Below, piece after piece: positions 32,860 through 46,990 of a stretch of DNA of 64,000 nt (the first letter of the stretch is position 1; each line of letters opens with the position of its first letter). The translations under genes and the position numbers were made by a program. Below the pieces are notes generated by a model. It saw only the letters and a program-made list of their open reading frames with translations, was not told the DNA's origin and did not search any database. Origin of the DNA: Aplysia californica (taxonomy: Eukaryota); the NCBI RefSeq assembly GCF_000002075.1, contig NW_004797391.1, positions 729,159 to 793,158 on the forward strand, read 5' to 3'.

Positions 32860-35800
32860 CAACTTGTCAGCTCTCTACTCTCATCACTATTGTGAGTTTT
32901 TAAAAACAAACAACTTGATAAATAACTGTCACAAATTTAAATGAACACAAATATTTTTGTCTAGGTTTTGGATAAGGTTCAAAGGAAGCTGTATGTTATT
33001 TCTTTTTTTGTTTTATGAACTCTTGAAGAGTGTGAAAACGTGGGATCTTAAAGACAGAAGAATTAATGAATAAATAGATACTTGCTGGCTTCAATTTGAA
33101 TTGTATGTTTGTGAAGGAAACACAGAAGTCGCCGTAACTGTGATGTCATTATTGAGATGCTGCAATGAAATTCTGTGGACTGATCACTAACATGTTGTCA
33201 CATGAGGCAACTGACAGTTGAAATGAAGGGCTCTGTGATAAAGTAGGTCATAAGCAGTATCCAAATTTTTTTTCTTCTTTCCTTTGGCTTGTGAGTTGGA
33301 TCTATAACTCATAAGTATACGGAAGGTTATTCCACCTTTGTAAGCAGCCAATTCGTTAATCCAGTTTTTCAGCATTACAAACTTACAGATACTTACCTTT
33401 GTACTGCCTGGACTCAGTTTTTTCTTCAACAGCGTGCACAGTACACTCTTTCTACGTTTTTCCCCCCAACATTTTTAGATATAAAACATTTTGTCATAAA
33501 GCCTTTTCAATATTAAAGACTGTGGTAGAAGTTGTGTGAACTGATATACTTAATAGGCATCTGGTATACTTTACTTTTCTGATCCAGTGGTCATCTCAGT
33601 TCTTGCCCTTCGGCCTGTGTATCCAGTATGCAAGGAACATCTGAAAGTTGACATTTAGATGTCTGAGTAGACTCCCCTTACTATTTTTTATAATGCTCTG
33701 CGGAAGATTTTTCGCATCGTACGGTGCTCATATTTTATCGTATATTTATCTGTTTTTGCCAGTTAGATAGATTTTGTTGTGTCCTCTCTTTTTTTTTCTT
33801 GTAAACTTTGCCCTGCCGCTGAGTTGTGTACAATATTTGAGACTTGTTGGGTCGTAATGTCTGATTGGTTGCTAATATTGTATCATTTTATGTCATGTCA
33901 CAAATAAAAAAACCCAGGGACTTTTTGTACATTGGGACCTAACAGCACCTTTCGCCTGCACAATGTTTTCCAAATGATAGACATAATTGGTGAATATAAT
34001 ATTGGTGACAATTACGAATTACTCTAAAAATTGAGGGTGCTATAATTGAAATGAACCGTTGCTTTTGATCTTGTAAGATGAGTCTGGTCTGTATGTTTAT
34101 CTTGCTGTTTGCATCTTGCAGGTAGTTTGTTGTTTTACAATTCTAAGAACTTTGAGTGATTCAGCCGAGTTTGACTATGTGTCTGGAGAGCAAGTCCTAA
34201 CTTTTTTATAAAGGTTTTATATATATTCGGTATAGTGTGGCTATGCTGCTTGCGTATATTATTTGCTGATGTTTTCATTGTTTTCCAACCTCCCTGGTGC
34301 CTGGATATGGCCCGATGTGTGCACGGATTAAGACTGATGATGGGAACTGCTGTGTGTGTGTTCGTGTTTTACTTCCTTTGCCCTCATTAAATTTCTTTAC
34401 GAGTGTGGAGTTGGTTTGGTGTAATAGTGCATTTGCCCCAGTTTCTAGGAGTTTAGTCGTAGAATATCTTCTAAAGTTGCAGAAGATTTTTTATTTTTTT
34501 GGAGGGGGGGGGGGAGGGGGAGAAAATTTTTGTCCTGGCTTTTTGATAATAACTCTGTTCAGTCAGAGACTGGCTTCTCAACTTGCCTGTTGATGTTATA
34601 TGTATTGCATACAGAAAGCACAACAGATTGTTCAAGTCCCATCAATATACTGGAGAACCAAGTCTTGTGATCTTAAATATCTATGGTGCTGGCAAACTGT
34701 ACATTAGAACCAAACTAATGTCATTTCAATACATTTATTGTTGAAGTCTTTCCAAATGGAAGACAGGTGTGTCTTAAAAGTTGAAAATGATCATACTCAT
34801 ACTAAACCACCATGAAACCAACTTCTAGGGTCATATCTAGGACGTTTGGAAAAATAATTGATTTTCAGGTCTATTCCATCACCCAACTTCAAGAGATATA
34901 GTGTATTATTCATGAAGGCTGGGGATTGAATTTCATCTTGGTCTGTGTGATCAATTTTACTTTCTCCAGTAGTAGTACCTGCTAGTGAACTAGCCCATCA
35001 GATAGTGTGCTCACTTATCTATTTTTGTTGTTGCTTGAAAAGTCCTGATTTAAAACAAATTTTCCATTCATGTTGTTTGTCTCGGATGGACAAAGAGAAG
35101 CAACCAAGCTATGCTCACTTTGGGAAAATGGCGCAAGTATTCAGAGGAAAGAACAGTGAGAGGGATATAGGTGTATATACAGGCCAAGGTTCTCTTCCTT
35201 TTCACAATTTATTGTTACTAAAATAGGTGAGACTCTCAGCTGTACTCTGTTATTGTTGTTTTAGTTATATTCCGAGACACAATGTCCTGACTTCTGTGCT
35301 GAAGTGGTTGGGGCTCTTTGACCATCTTCCAGAAGGTATAAGTTTGACTTTCGTGTGGGATAGATGTTGTGCCAAGTATCTTGGGCTTTGTGCTGGGATG
35401 TGGGCCCCCACAGACCAGGATAAGCTTGAAAGACAGAGTTGAACAACCTGCTTCCTAAATTATTCAAATTGTGCCGATGGAAGCATAAAATAAAGCGTTG
35501 TGCCAATGGAGGCTTAAAGCATATAAATACCATTTCCTAAAAGACATGTGCCAAATATTGATACTGGTTCAATGTTGTTACTGCTGTATTCTTCTTGGAA
35601 GAGTTACTTATTGTCGCTGCATCAAGACAAATGAGGAGCTCCGGGTTTGTTTGTTGTTTTTTTTTTACTCGCCTTTAAAAGTTGGATCAAAACAGCGCTA
35701 CTCATTTTTCTTACGGCAGGGGCGATATGAAAGTTTTTTGTCCTTTCCAAAATCGTGAAAAAGAACAAATTTTAGCCGCACAATTCATTGAAGATATTAA

Positions 35801-36323
35801 GTTGTTATTTTTAATATAATTTTTTGTCTGATATTTTGACATATTTATACATTTTGTGTACCCCCTTATACATTCCTCATTTTGCCTCATATTCCATTTG
35901 TCATGGAAACAGTACTTTGCTTATTGTCAGTATCTATTCTGTGGGTGAAACATTTGAAAGTCTTGTTTTAAGCTATGCTTCATCATACCGTTACTGTTAA
36001 AATTACTTTTTACGAAAGTATGCATGCCAAAAACTTGTGGTAGCTCTGGCTTTTTGTAAGTCTGAGAATGTCTGGTATTGTTCTCACCTGTGGTTTTCTT
36101 TTAGATCCCTAGATGAAGACAAAGACTGAGTTTTTGAAGAGCCCTGAATATCTTTTTCTTTAACTGTTTCCTTGCAAGAGGGGTTTCCATGGTTGTGGTG
36201 GGCCAATGTGTTGTATAGTAAAGTATAGAGATGTGACTGGTTAACGTAAAGGTAGTGTGAGAGTGGCCAAATAAAATTGACATGTTGTGTATTAAAATAA
36301 AGTTAGAAGAATAAAGAGCAAGA

Positions 36324-36725
36324 AAACCCCCTGGGGCGGTGCCACTGACTGTAGTGTCTTTACTTTAGGCCATTCCCAAAGGGGGGACATTTCTCGTTCA
36401 AGCACAGTAGAATTGTAAATGGGCTGATTTATTATGTCACGCTCATAACTGTGCCTGATCTACAACAGGGAACTGCTGTTTTTTCTGTCCTAATCCTTAC
36501 TATTGTCATTTTCCTCTACTTCTTTTGTACGTTTGTTACTCTTGTGACCCGCTATTTCCGGGGTGCCTTGATAGTCGAAGCAGACCTTGTGCTGTTGAAG
36601 CTAGAGGTGTGAGCAGAATAAGTCTGAATCCCTGTAAGGACTTCTCTGTTGACACCCACCCCTTGGCGCTCATATGACCTTATGCAGTTGTGAGGGCCGT
36701 AAAACCCTCTACTAAAAAAAAAAAA
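36324..36725 (+). mobile_element. short retroposon family A, full-length, in putative ANKFY1 3' UTR
   Basis: TSD AAAGAGCAAGA (36313-36323, 36726-36736); poly(A) tail. Confidence 0.9.
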
Positions 36726-38953
36726 AAAGAGCAAGAGATGGTATTGAAATAACCCCCCCCAAAAACAAAACAAAGCAACAAAACAAAACAAACAACAACA
36801 AAAACCAACTACACAACATGGGTGTACTTGTTAGTTGTCAGTCTGAGAAAAAAAGGTCTGTTTTTCAGGGGAGATAGCGCTATATTGTAATAAATCTTGG
36901 ATTGAACTAAGAAGAGCAGCACCAGATATCAACAATGATAATGATGATATATGATTCTGTGCATTAGCACAGAAAGTTCCCCCTTAGTTTGTACTTGCTT
37001 GTGTTAAGTTACTGAACTGTGGAGCTATTGATCTGGTGTGTTTCCCCTACGCTGTTGTCAAGCTGCTTTCCGTCTGATGGGGGAATGTTTGTGCAAGTGT
37101 TTTGTTTTGAATTTGAAGAGACAATGAGGTTCTACTGCATTCTGTCAGCTGGCTTATGTTGGGTTTGTTTTTTCTGAACTGTACTTACAGTTACAGTACT
37201 GTATAGATTGTGAGCTGAGCTGTGAACTGGGTGACTGCTGCAGTTTTTGAAAATGACATTTATTGTTTGTCCCTCCAGTGTCATCTCTTGCCCCTTCGTG
37301 TAGGCCACACTATTCTGTTTGTGGAAGAGAGACTGGGAACAGATAAGTACAGATGGAAACTAGCAACACTAATGAACTCATATTTTAGAGTTTTTTTTAA
37401 AATAGGGTGAAAATATGGGGGAGGGTGGGGTTGTGTCAACTTGTTCCAGTACATGATAGTCAATGAAACTTCTTTGGTAGGCCAACAGTTATCTGTACAT
37501 GAAGATATGCTGGAAGTATGTTTGTTTCTTTGCGGCCACATTTTTTGATCTGGATGTGTCGCTCAATCTACGAAAGTAGAAAAGACTTGTCATTCCAGAA
37601 AGTGTCTTCATGAATGAACATTTTTTTCATAAGGCTATAACTATTGTTGCTGTTGTAGAAACATAGAAATTCAAATGTTTTTAACTCAACCAGTAAAGAA
37701 AGGTCAAACAGAGTTACAGATTTTTCTTACAATAGCAGAGATATTGACTGGAGAAAATGCATGGTCCAAGTCTCAGAAAAATGACATCAAGTGGAACTGG
37801 TTTTGATGTAGTATGTTATCAAGTCCACAAATTCCAGACTGCCGAATTGGGGACAGTACCGGGAAATTCAGAACAGTTTGCAAACCTGCATGAGTCCAAA
37901 AGATTTCCACCAGTGTTTGTGGTATACAGTTAGGCACTTCTCTGTCGAACACAGGAGACCAGAGTTTGATTCCCGAGTGGGGAGAATTTTCAACTTGTAA
38001 GTATTTCAGTCTTTCTTTTGGGATGTTGTGTCCCATTTAGCCGGGATTAACCCAATAGGCAGTGTTGGAAGCCCATTTTCTAAATGATCAAAGTTGTGTT
38101 GATGGGGGAGTGAAAAAACACCTACGTTTAAAAAAAAGTTCATGGCTTGGCCATACCATGAGACTGTCCAGTATCTTCCACCATGAACTTTATAAGAATT
38201 TCATGAATTTGCCTGTGGGTCAGTATAAATTGTTCTTAACTTGTGAGTGTGATAATGATCAGCCTCGGAACTGGTGAAAAAGTATTTCTTTTGGCATTGC
38301 ATACGAATGAACGCTTGTTAAGAAGCTCCCTACTGATGAGGATTGTGTGATTGAATGAAGATGTGTTGAGTAGCCAGAAGCCATCATGGTGGCACCGTGG
38401 TCTCTGTGAGAAGACAAAGTGCAAGTCACGCTTTCCTGGGTTCACATCCCTGAAGTTACTCATCAGGTCATTGTTACAGTTGAGAATATTATTTATTCTA
38501 GGCTTTATTTTAAACTATGTAGCTTTATTAAGCTTCTCATATTATTACTCATAGCTTTATTATATTCCTGTCTACATTTTTTTTTATCTTGCATGTGATC
38601 ATTTATTTTGCTAAACCTTTCTCATCATGTTGAGATTACTAGTTGTTCACTGTCATCAGACATTGTTATAGGGTACTGTAATTTGTAATGAGATTTTGCT
38701 ATTAGAAGCTGGTGCACATTTATTGTGGTGAGTTCAAAGAATAAGATAGGTATTGGCTGTGCAAAAACAAACGCTCAGTTCTGAATGATGAAGATGGAAT
38801 GTACTGAATACAATTGTTGCATTTTGTTGTAAATTATTGACTGTTATGTGACACAAAAAATACATCTGCACTATTGTGTACAATTCCTTTTTTTGTCCAC
38901 TTCTTGTGTTGCGAGCTACTCGGTTGTCTTTTGGGGTGGTAAACAGCTTAAGT

Positions 38954-39143
38954 TGGTGTGATTTGAGGGTGCTCGGATGTGGTTTGCTCCTTCCTTCCTA
39001 TCAAACATTTATCATCCTCATCTCCCCTCCTCCTTTTTTTCGTGTTTGCTAATCACTTGTAACACCTTTAATCTGCGGCACTTATTATGACCTTATTGTG
39101 GTGCAAGTGCCGTAAAATGCTTACTAAAACAAACCAAAAAACC
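38954..39143 (+). mobile_element. short retroposon family B
   Basis: TSD CAGCT(T/C)AAGT; conserved body and tail. Confidence 0.85.
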
Positions 39144-39541
39144 CAGCTCAAGTGGTTACTGATGGGGCAACAGCTTTTGTTGTTCTCAAGGACTGTGCCA
39201 CCCTTCTTCATATCCATGTTACTATCAGTCTCATACAGACCTTCTCTCATCAATCTCTCACTGGCAAAATTGAAGGCAAATGAGGCAAGGATAGACCGTG
39301 AATGTCTAACTTGCAAAGTCTTAACAGAAGGATGACTAGGAAAGATAGGACATTTTTAAGAGCATCAGAGCAAAGGAAATAATGACAAACCATGATCACC
39401 CATGTCTTGTCACAGATCTGGTATTAGATGATGATCAGCCTGATTCCAGCTAACTGATCAAGAAGAGTGGCTCGCAGAGCCATCCAGCTCCATTTCACAC
39501 CCATTACAGTTTAGTGCCCTCCATATGCATCAAAACTCTTA

Positions 39542-40289
39542 AGCCCCGGATACACACAACAATAAATTGTATGCAATTTGTCGTATGCGAGAACTGTCCG
39601 TTTTATCAAACTGTGTTGTCTGTGTAAACGTTCCAATTTATCGTCCAGTTTTCTTTTAATCGAGGAGATTCTCGTTTTAAAGCTACCATGTCTCTTTGCA
39701 ACGAAAGCGATTTGCCTGCATTTTATGTGAAGGTTTAGAGCCCGGGACCTAATAAATAAAAGGCGAACACTATCTCAAGATAACGAGAGCCCCCAGCCCC
39801 CTCCCCTGTACATTTTGATAAATAGCAGAACAGTGTCTTTAGAAAAGAGTGGCCATACTGTACTGTGTCGCATGTAGAAGTAGAAACTTTGACTGGACTG
39901 CAGCAGATGTGCAGTGCACCGAGTGACCTTGATACAGAACTTTACCATTGACGATCAATTAAATAATAAAATTGCTAAAATTTACATAATATCACATCAA
40001 ATCGGGTTTCGTGCGAGCTATTTAAGATGCCATAATTATTTTTAAAAGCGCCTTAAGTTTAATCCTGTGCAGAGGCAAATTTTAAAGTGATTCTTAGTCA
40101 CAGCGTGTCTCCCCCAAATCTGAACGTAATAACGCGAAAAATTAGCGCTTGATTTCTTGACCGAGTCTCCAAGCCATCATCCAATTGTCCAAATTTGGTA
40201 TAATTTTGTGGATACACCTAACGATTTATCGTATGATCGTTACGTCATCCAGTTTTAGTACAATTTATCGATATATGTGTAACTGGGCC
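39542..40289. mobile_element. non-coding PIF/Harbinger-type element
   Basis: degenerate TIRs AGCCCCGGATACACAC..ATAAATTGTA vs reverse complement GGCCCAGTTACACAT..ATAAATTGTA; TTA at left flank. Confidence 0.65.
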
Positions 40290-40293
40290 ACGA

Positions 40294-41536
40294 GGGGCCC
40301 TTCACATGTACGTTCCAACCAGGCGGTTTTAATCAGAGTGGGAACTGATGTTGAAACTGCCGCGTAAAACCGCCATTCGACAGGTCGGCGCATCATCCAC
40401 ATCTCGTGTAGTTTAACCGCAACGAGAGAACTGACAATGATGATTTGCTTGCAATTTATGTGCTGGTCGTGGTGAAGAAAAACAATAAGCAAAAAAAAAA
40501 ATGGATGAAAGATTGGCTTCAGAAAAGAGATCATTGAACTATAGATCCACCAATGCAGGAATTATGACCTCATCCTAATGATTTCAGTAAAAAAATGTTT
40601 ACGCATGTGCGTTTGTGTGTATGTGTGCAAGTGGAAAAAAAAGGGGGGGGGGAAGGTGCGGGCATACAAAGGATTTTAGTGATTTTTTGTATGTCTGTTT
40701 CCTTTTCTCTGTGTGCGCATGTAACAGATAGAGAGAGGGAGTGAGACAGAGAGAAATAACAAACCTGAAAAGTACCACAGCTTGGGCTTGTATACATCAT
40801 CAGACCCAGCACCGGACAACTGGCTTCTCTCAACGTTTTTAAATTCCTTCTGGAATTACCCTCGCAGGTTACTAGTTTTTTTAATCACCGAGTCCTTGTT
40901 TGGGTTAGGTTCAAAGCTTCTTATAAAATCGATCAGATTTTCATATGCCCGTTCCTTCTCCAGGAGATTTGAATAGTCTTTGGATTTTATTTCCCAAAGG
41001 CTGTCATGGGATCTGTAAATTTCAATGAATTGAAGAATTTTCTTTTGCGACCATGTTGCCAATTTGCAGTATGTTTAGTTGTTTAGCTTGCGCAGGCAAT
41101 CAAGTGTGTTCTTTAGATCAACTGCACATCGTGACACAGGCCAACACTGTTCTGAACCCCTTCACCTTCAGTGAATGCATGTATACATATATGTATGTAT
41201 AATGTGGAATATTGTTTTCTCTTCAATTATTGAAAAACCGCAAATGCTCAGATCTTGCCTTAAAATTGGGTTGCTGGTTTAAAAAATATGTGTGGTAAAT
41301 TGTTTTGAAGACATTGGCAGTGACAATATAAGCCGGCTTAGCCAGTGATGTCACGCAAACGTTGTCGTCGACGGAATGTGCTTAACTGTAGTAAAAAAAT
41401 CCAACTTGTTGAAACAGCCGGTTCGGCCTCCCGGTTTAACTTTATTCTAGCAGTTTTTCATCCACATCTGCAGTTGTCGCTAGGTTTGCCTTTTCATTCT
41501 GAACCACCAGTTTGTAACATAGATGTGTAGGGCCTC
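40294..41536. mobile_element. internally deleted PIF/Harbinger transposon
   Basis: 36-bp TIRs (27/36 identical), TTA at right flank; transposase N-terminal remnant on + (KKWMKDWLQKR, about 40495-40530) and MADF gene on -. Confidence 0.75.
40751..41062 (-). pseudogene. Harbinger-associated MADF (Myb/SANT-like) DNA-binding protein pseudogene
   Basis: WSQKKILQFIEIYRSHDSLWEIKSKDYSN..NLRG* continues in frame FQKEFKNVERSQLSGAGSDDVYKPKLWYFSGLLFL, a typical MADF C-terminus. Confidence 0.8.
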
Positions 41537-41647
41537 TTATCAAATTCTGGCCAACTGCAAATAATCATATGTACAACAGAATGTTCTCGCAATAAAAGTT
41601 AAAAAACAAACAAACCCAAAGGCACATACACATTCTGCATCATGAGG

Positions 41648-41653
41648 TTTATT
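41648..41653 (-). terminator. probable distal poly(A) signal of MED13 (3' UTR about 5.3 kb)
   Basis: AATAAA on -, followed about 35 nt later by a TTTGGGTTTGTTTGTTTTTT U/GU-rich element; the A-skew on + from about 41600 to 46000 ends here. Confidence 0.55.
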
Positions 41654-44600
41654 TCAGGGTTTTTTTTGTCAAAGACTACTATTGGTTGATGATATGACCA
41701 GCTAGAGAATAACTTAATAACAACAGATAAAATGATGATGGTGACAAACAGTGACCAATGAGAGAATGGTCCAAATGGTCGTGATATAACAGCTATGTAC
41801 ACCAACATACAGTATATGCAGCAAACTCATCAGTACTTCCCCACCCCTTCTCTCTCACTCCTCTCCAATCACCTCAGAAATAGCCACCATCACAGATTGT
41901 CCGAGTCACCACCTAATACAAAAACATCCATTAATTCACTTATGAGCTATGGGCTAGAAAACACAAGTCCTGGCAGCGATCTTAAGCAAACTACATAAAA
42001 TAATAGGAACAATAATTCTTTAAAAGATAGGACTTAATTGTTGTGTCTCTGTACTCTGGTCTTGAGAATTATCTGAAGTAGCAGAGAACTGATCTAAAAA
42101 TCTTGCAATGTGTTAGTAATTTTTACATCTGACGTATTTGCTTTTATTTTTCCCGAACTATTGAAACTAGTTAGAAGAATTTCAGAATACGAGCAAGATA
42201 TTGACAGCCTGAAAAAGAGACAAAACTTTCTTCATAAATGGTGTTCACTTTTGATTCTGAAACGAAACAAAAACACAACCTCTCTCCCAAACTAACAACC
42301 ATATCTTTGAACAGACTTTATAAAGTGAAAAGTATACAAATAGCATTGATTTTTCTAGCATTATCATAATACTATTATCAACAGATTAACCACCAAAAAA
42401 AAAGAAGGTAAATAAACAAAATTTAAAAAATAAAATAGCGCCAGGGGGTATAATAATAATCTACAGCCCCTCAAAAAGAATAGAAAAAAACATTCATTTT
42501 TGTGCCCTCTAAACAGACTAAAACAATTCAAATATCAAAGTACAAATAAAAAAAAAATCTCCCTTTAGACTTAACTGAAAAGGTGTGCAAGTAAGGACAA
42601 GTGGACCACAAAAAGAAAAATATAGCAAAATCTTTGCCAGGACAACACAGCAGCGAGCATTTATTGTCCTTTCACTCAAGAACATCAAGAGCAGACAACT
42701 CACCACAAAGGTATGCACACACAGGAGGAACCATGGCTATTAACAGACGACCAAAACTCGACAGTGTCAATAGGAAGGAAAACTAACACTTCCGTAATAA
42801 ATACCCCCTACAGACTTTATTCAAAGGGTTATAAAATGACCCTCGAACCAGGAACTGACGTTGGAGTGTTTAACAAAACAAAAAAGCATTATGGTATCCA
42901 TTCAGCAACAATACAAAATACTGGTACAAAAAGTTTCTTGGGATAAAATGACCATACAATTGGGGATAACTTATGTGTGTTTACAAAGACTACTTTTCAT
43001 ACAGTAACCCCCAGTCAGTATCTACCGCTAACGCCCACAAACAAGGGAAACAGAATCCTTTAAAATACAAATATACAAAAACTATATGAACTATTTGAAT
43101 TAATTCACACAGACTTGCACTGCAATCTCGAGACATCTCCTCTCTTCCCCGGACTCTCAAAAGCAGTAATTCATTGATTTTAAAAAATGTTCTATGAATG
43201 CATTTAATAAAATCTCATTGAGATTGATTTTCTTTTTAAAAAAGGGATGAAAAAATTGCTGGCATTGTAATATATCTGCATCAAAATCACAAGTAAAAAC
43301 AAAAGCATTTACAGTACGGAGCATGAAGATGCAGTCTTTTTTTTTTCTCTTCTGTACAAAAAAAATAAATGAAGTTTCACTTAAAGCACGAGACAACATT
43401 GAAAGGTTATATGTATCAAATCATCAATGGAATAGCAGTAAATATCCTCTGTACAATATACACATATCCATACTTAGAAAAAAAACCCCATAACAATCAG
43501 TTTTGACTAGCTGTACAGCAAACAAGTTTTCATGGGAAGGGGAGGAACATGCTGATTAAGAACTGATATATTTCCATACTATAATATGAACATGTCTGAA
43601 ACATAGTGATATTATAACACAAGAAGACAGTGCAAAAACGTTGTGTCACGGCCTCAATACCAGTGCACAACACTATACAGAAAAACACGAGGAAAAAAAC
43701 ATCACTGAGGTTTGCTGATCCATGTGCCAAGATGAGAACAAAGATTTCTCTTCGTAACGAGAACTGACATGGGTTCCGAGATGAGTGAATGAAATTGCTT
43801 TCTGTGGCGCATCACAGTAAAATCTTTGGTAAAATTTGTCGATACATCTAGCGATAGGAGGGGGAGAAATCTGTGTCAACAAGCTGAGGGCAACGGTAGC
43901 CAATGTAAGGACCCCAAGTGCACCAATACCAACAAGAGTTCCCCCAAGGGGTCTGAAGACAGATGAGGAGCACACCACATTGCTTGTGAACTGCACCCTT
44001 ACATACTCACACAACAGAACGCCTAAAATTGTATCAAAACATTGTCAAAATTGCCAAAAGTATGGCTGGGAATACTCTCCCTCTTCACAGACCTGACATC
44101 TACTGCTGCTATTTTAGATTTACAAATACTGAACCATACAGTACCTAGAAGAAAAAAAAGAAAGTCTGGGTGAGGGTGTGCTTTAAGTCCTTCCAATTTC
44201 CTCTTTTTTCACTTCCCAAATTCTATACATCAATTTCAGATTCCTATTGAAAACTACATTACTTCAGGTCACATTAATAAGTTTTAAGTGAACTGATGGT
44301 GACTTAAAATTAAAATTTTGCAGCTCTCATTTTTTTGTTCATAGAACCAGTCAACTGGTGTGTGTGTGTGTGCCTGCTGGAAAATGAAATTCCACAAAGC
44401 AGATGTCTGGGTTGTCATCTAGTGGAAACAACACAAGACTAAGAACACACATTGGAATCCAAACAGGCTTTCAAAGAGTTCCAGCACACTTCAAGATGAA
44501 ATGGGAGCTTTTATGAGCAAAAAAAAAAAAAGGCCATGTGATCTTTGGTCCTCAAAAGAAACAAGTCTACCTAGGTATAGTGTTTACATATTTGTGCAGA

Positions 44601-46137
44601 ATATAATATTATCACGAGAACAAAGTCCATGGAATTTCCCCCCTGTACATAAAATAAATATTTGATCTTTTCGCCAAACTCCTACTCATGTGTATACATT
44701 GTGCAAAGAGTGTGGACTAATCTCAGCCATTAAAGGAGGATTTTCTTTCATGCATGCGAGTGGATGGAGGATGCCACTGATTGGTCCATCTTTTCTTTAC
44801 TCCTTTTGTTTCAGTCTGTTGATCTTTGTTTTTCCCTGCACTAAATGGCAGATGTGTCCATCTGCTTCCCTGTCATGCAACAAAGCCACAGAATGCAGCG
44901 GTTCAGACAATATCTCTGGCAATTATTTTGATAATAATAATAATAATCTATTTTCAGTTTGGTTCATACTACCCACCAGAGTCTGGGAGGCTCACAAATG
45001 ACTAAAAATGAACTACCTCTACCAAACCTCACTGATTTTTACACATACAGAGATTATACAAATGTTTGCTGTGTGCTTGATGTCTTGTCACTTACACAAA
45101 AAATTTACCCAACACACAGCACATGAGAAGATGTAAAGAGACGACTTACAATAGCACAGAGCTGCCTCAGACAAATTTAGTCATAAACACTGAACCAAAG
45201 GTATCGGACAAGACCAGGCCATCAGATGTAGGTGTCTTTAAACATTGTCCAAAAACAGACGAGAGTACCTTTTTTTTCTTTCTTTTTTAATATCAAAAAG
45301 TTACATGTACAGGGCAGCTGCTGCTTCTATGAAATGTTCACAACATTATCTATTTTACCATTTTACCACAGAGGGGCGAGACAACGTATAAAGGCTGAAG
45401 ACGTCACACCCCAGGTCTGAAACAAGAAACATTCATGATAAGAAAACAATCACACAATAGAATCGAGGACCTTTCTGAATCTGGTCGAGTCATCCGAGCA
45501 CCCGTAACTCTAGCATCACTGGCCCATAAACAGGTGGGAGTCTTTTCAAACATGTGTGATGAGTGAGGAGAAGGTTTACTGTCTTGTCAATAAATTATCC
45601 AGGCTGTAGACCTCTATACATTAGGCTCAAATGTACTATACAATATATATGGACTGGCTCTTTGCTGCAAGGCAAAACATCGCAACCTGATGAGGGTTGT
45701 GATTTAAAGGGGCTGCAAGTGAGGGGACACTTGCTCAGGCTACAAAAAGGACAATATGTCTGTGGTCTCTATGCATCTCCTGTCATTCTGCTTGTCATAC
45801 TGCAAGATTACTACAGCTTTCTTCTCCTCTCAATCCAAAGCAACATCCTGCTCCCTAATGATACTACGTTTCATTTGACATCCCAGAGGAAACGCTTTTG
45901 TTCTTTTATGATTCTCTTTGAGTGTCGGAATTCAATGTTCTATTTGTCAGCATTCTTATCTGAAAACTCAATGATCAGGAAATATTTCCAAGGGAAGTTC
46001 TCCCTTCCTCAACAATACGATGTCACTCTTTTTGACAGGCAGCAAATATCAGTACACTGACAACAGGGCCAGCAGACTAGAACTCAGTTCCGAAACTCGT
46101 GGCAGCTGAGGGAGCTTGGGAGGGTGCTTGAGAAGGT

Positions 46138-46289
46138 NNNNNNNNNNNNNNNNNNNNNNNNNNNNNNNNNNNNNNNNNNNNNNNNNNNNNNNNNNNNNNN
46201 NNNNNNNNNNNNNNNNNNNNNNNNNNNNNNNNNNNNNNNNNNNNNNNNNNNNNNNNNNNNNNNNNNNNNNNNNNNNNNNNNNNNNNNNN
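46138..46289. other. assembly gap (N run) within the MED13 3' UTR
   Basis: direct. Confidence 0.99.
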
Positions 46290-46990
46290 GGAAGAGCGAG
46301 TACCTCAGCAAACAGCAAGTCAGTCAGGGCAGAGGCTGGGTAGAGTGTAAGGGTCACAACCCACAGGCCACCACCAGCAGAACAACAGGACGGGTGTTGT
46401 TGAACTGTTCCCTTTGACTTATCTCCTCCTACTCCTCTCACCTGAACACATACATCAGTGCTCACAAGCTGTAGAGAAAACTTCATGTCCATGCCCCCCT
46501 GTCCATGTCAAGAACAAAAGTGTCATCACAGTCTGTTCACACCACCACATCATTATCCGCAGGCAGAAACACACACACACACGCATATATAGCGCTCAGT
46601 AAGTCCAGCAAGGTGAAGGCTGTACGTGTCTGTGTGGAAGAGAACCAATCGGAAGCCTCTCCTTTGATTCTGCACATTTGTGGACTTGCGCTTCTCATAG
46701 CACGGATTCAGCACTTTCTACTGAAATGCTTCAGGGACACAAGACGCTCGTTCTCTCCAGCCATGGCTGTGATTGTGGCTGTCAGGCCCATCGGCACACA
46801 CAAGACAAGAGCAGATGGAAACCGATGCACTGAAGATATACAGGTCTCCACAATGGGCACCAGCTTTCCATTCTTCTCTCTCTCTCTTTCTCTCCACTTC
46901 CATTCACATCCTGTATATGAGTGAAAGACCAGTGGGTGAATTTCCCCGCTCCGCAGGGACAAACAGATCAGTCTGTGTCTTGTGCGACGC

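Larger units (their letters stand above)
32680..38830 (+). other. putative long ANKFY1 3' UTR with several candidate poly(A) signals
   Basis: TG-rich on +; AATAAA near 33069, 33903, 36270, 36296; AATACA near 38807 followed by a U/GU-rich tract; true end cannot be fixed. Confidence 0.4.

Noticed and set aside
32706-32944. Repetitive ORFs or CRISPR-like look of the 33-bp repeat
   Set aside because: Units are contiguous with no unique spacers; eukaryotic 3' UTR minisatellite
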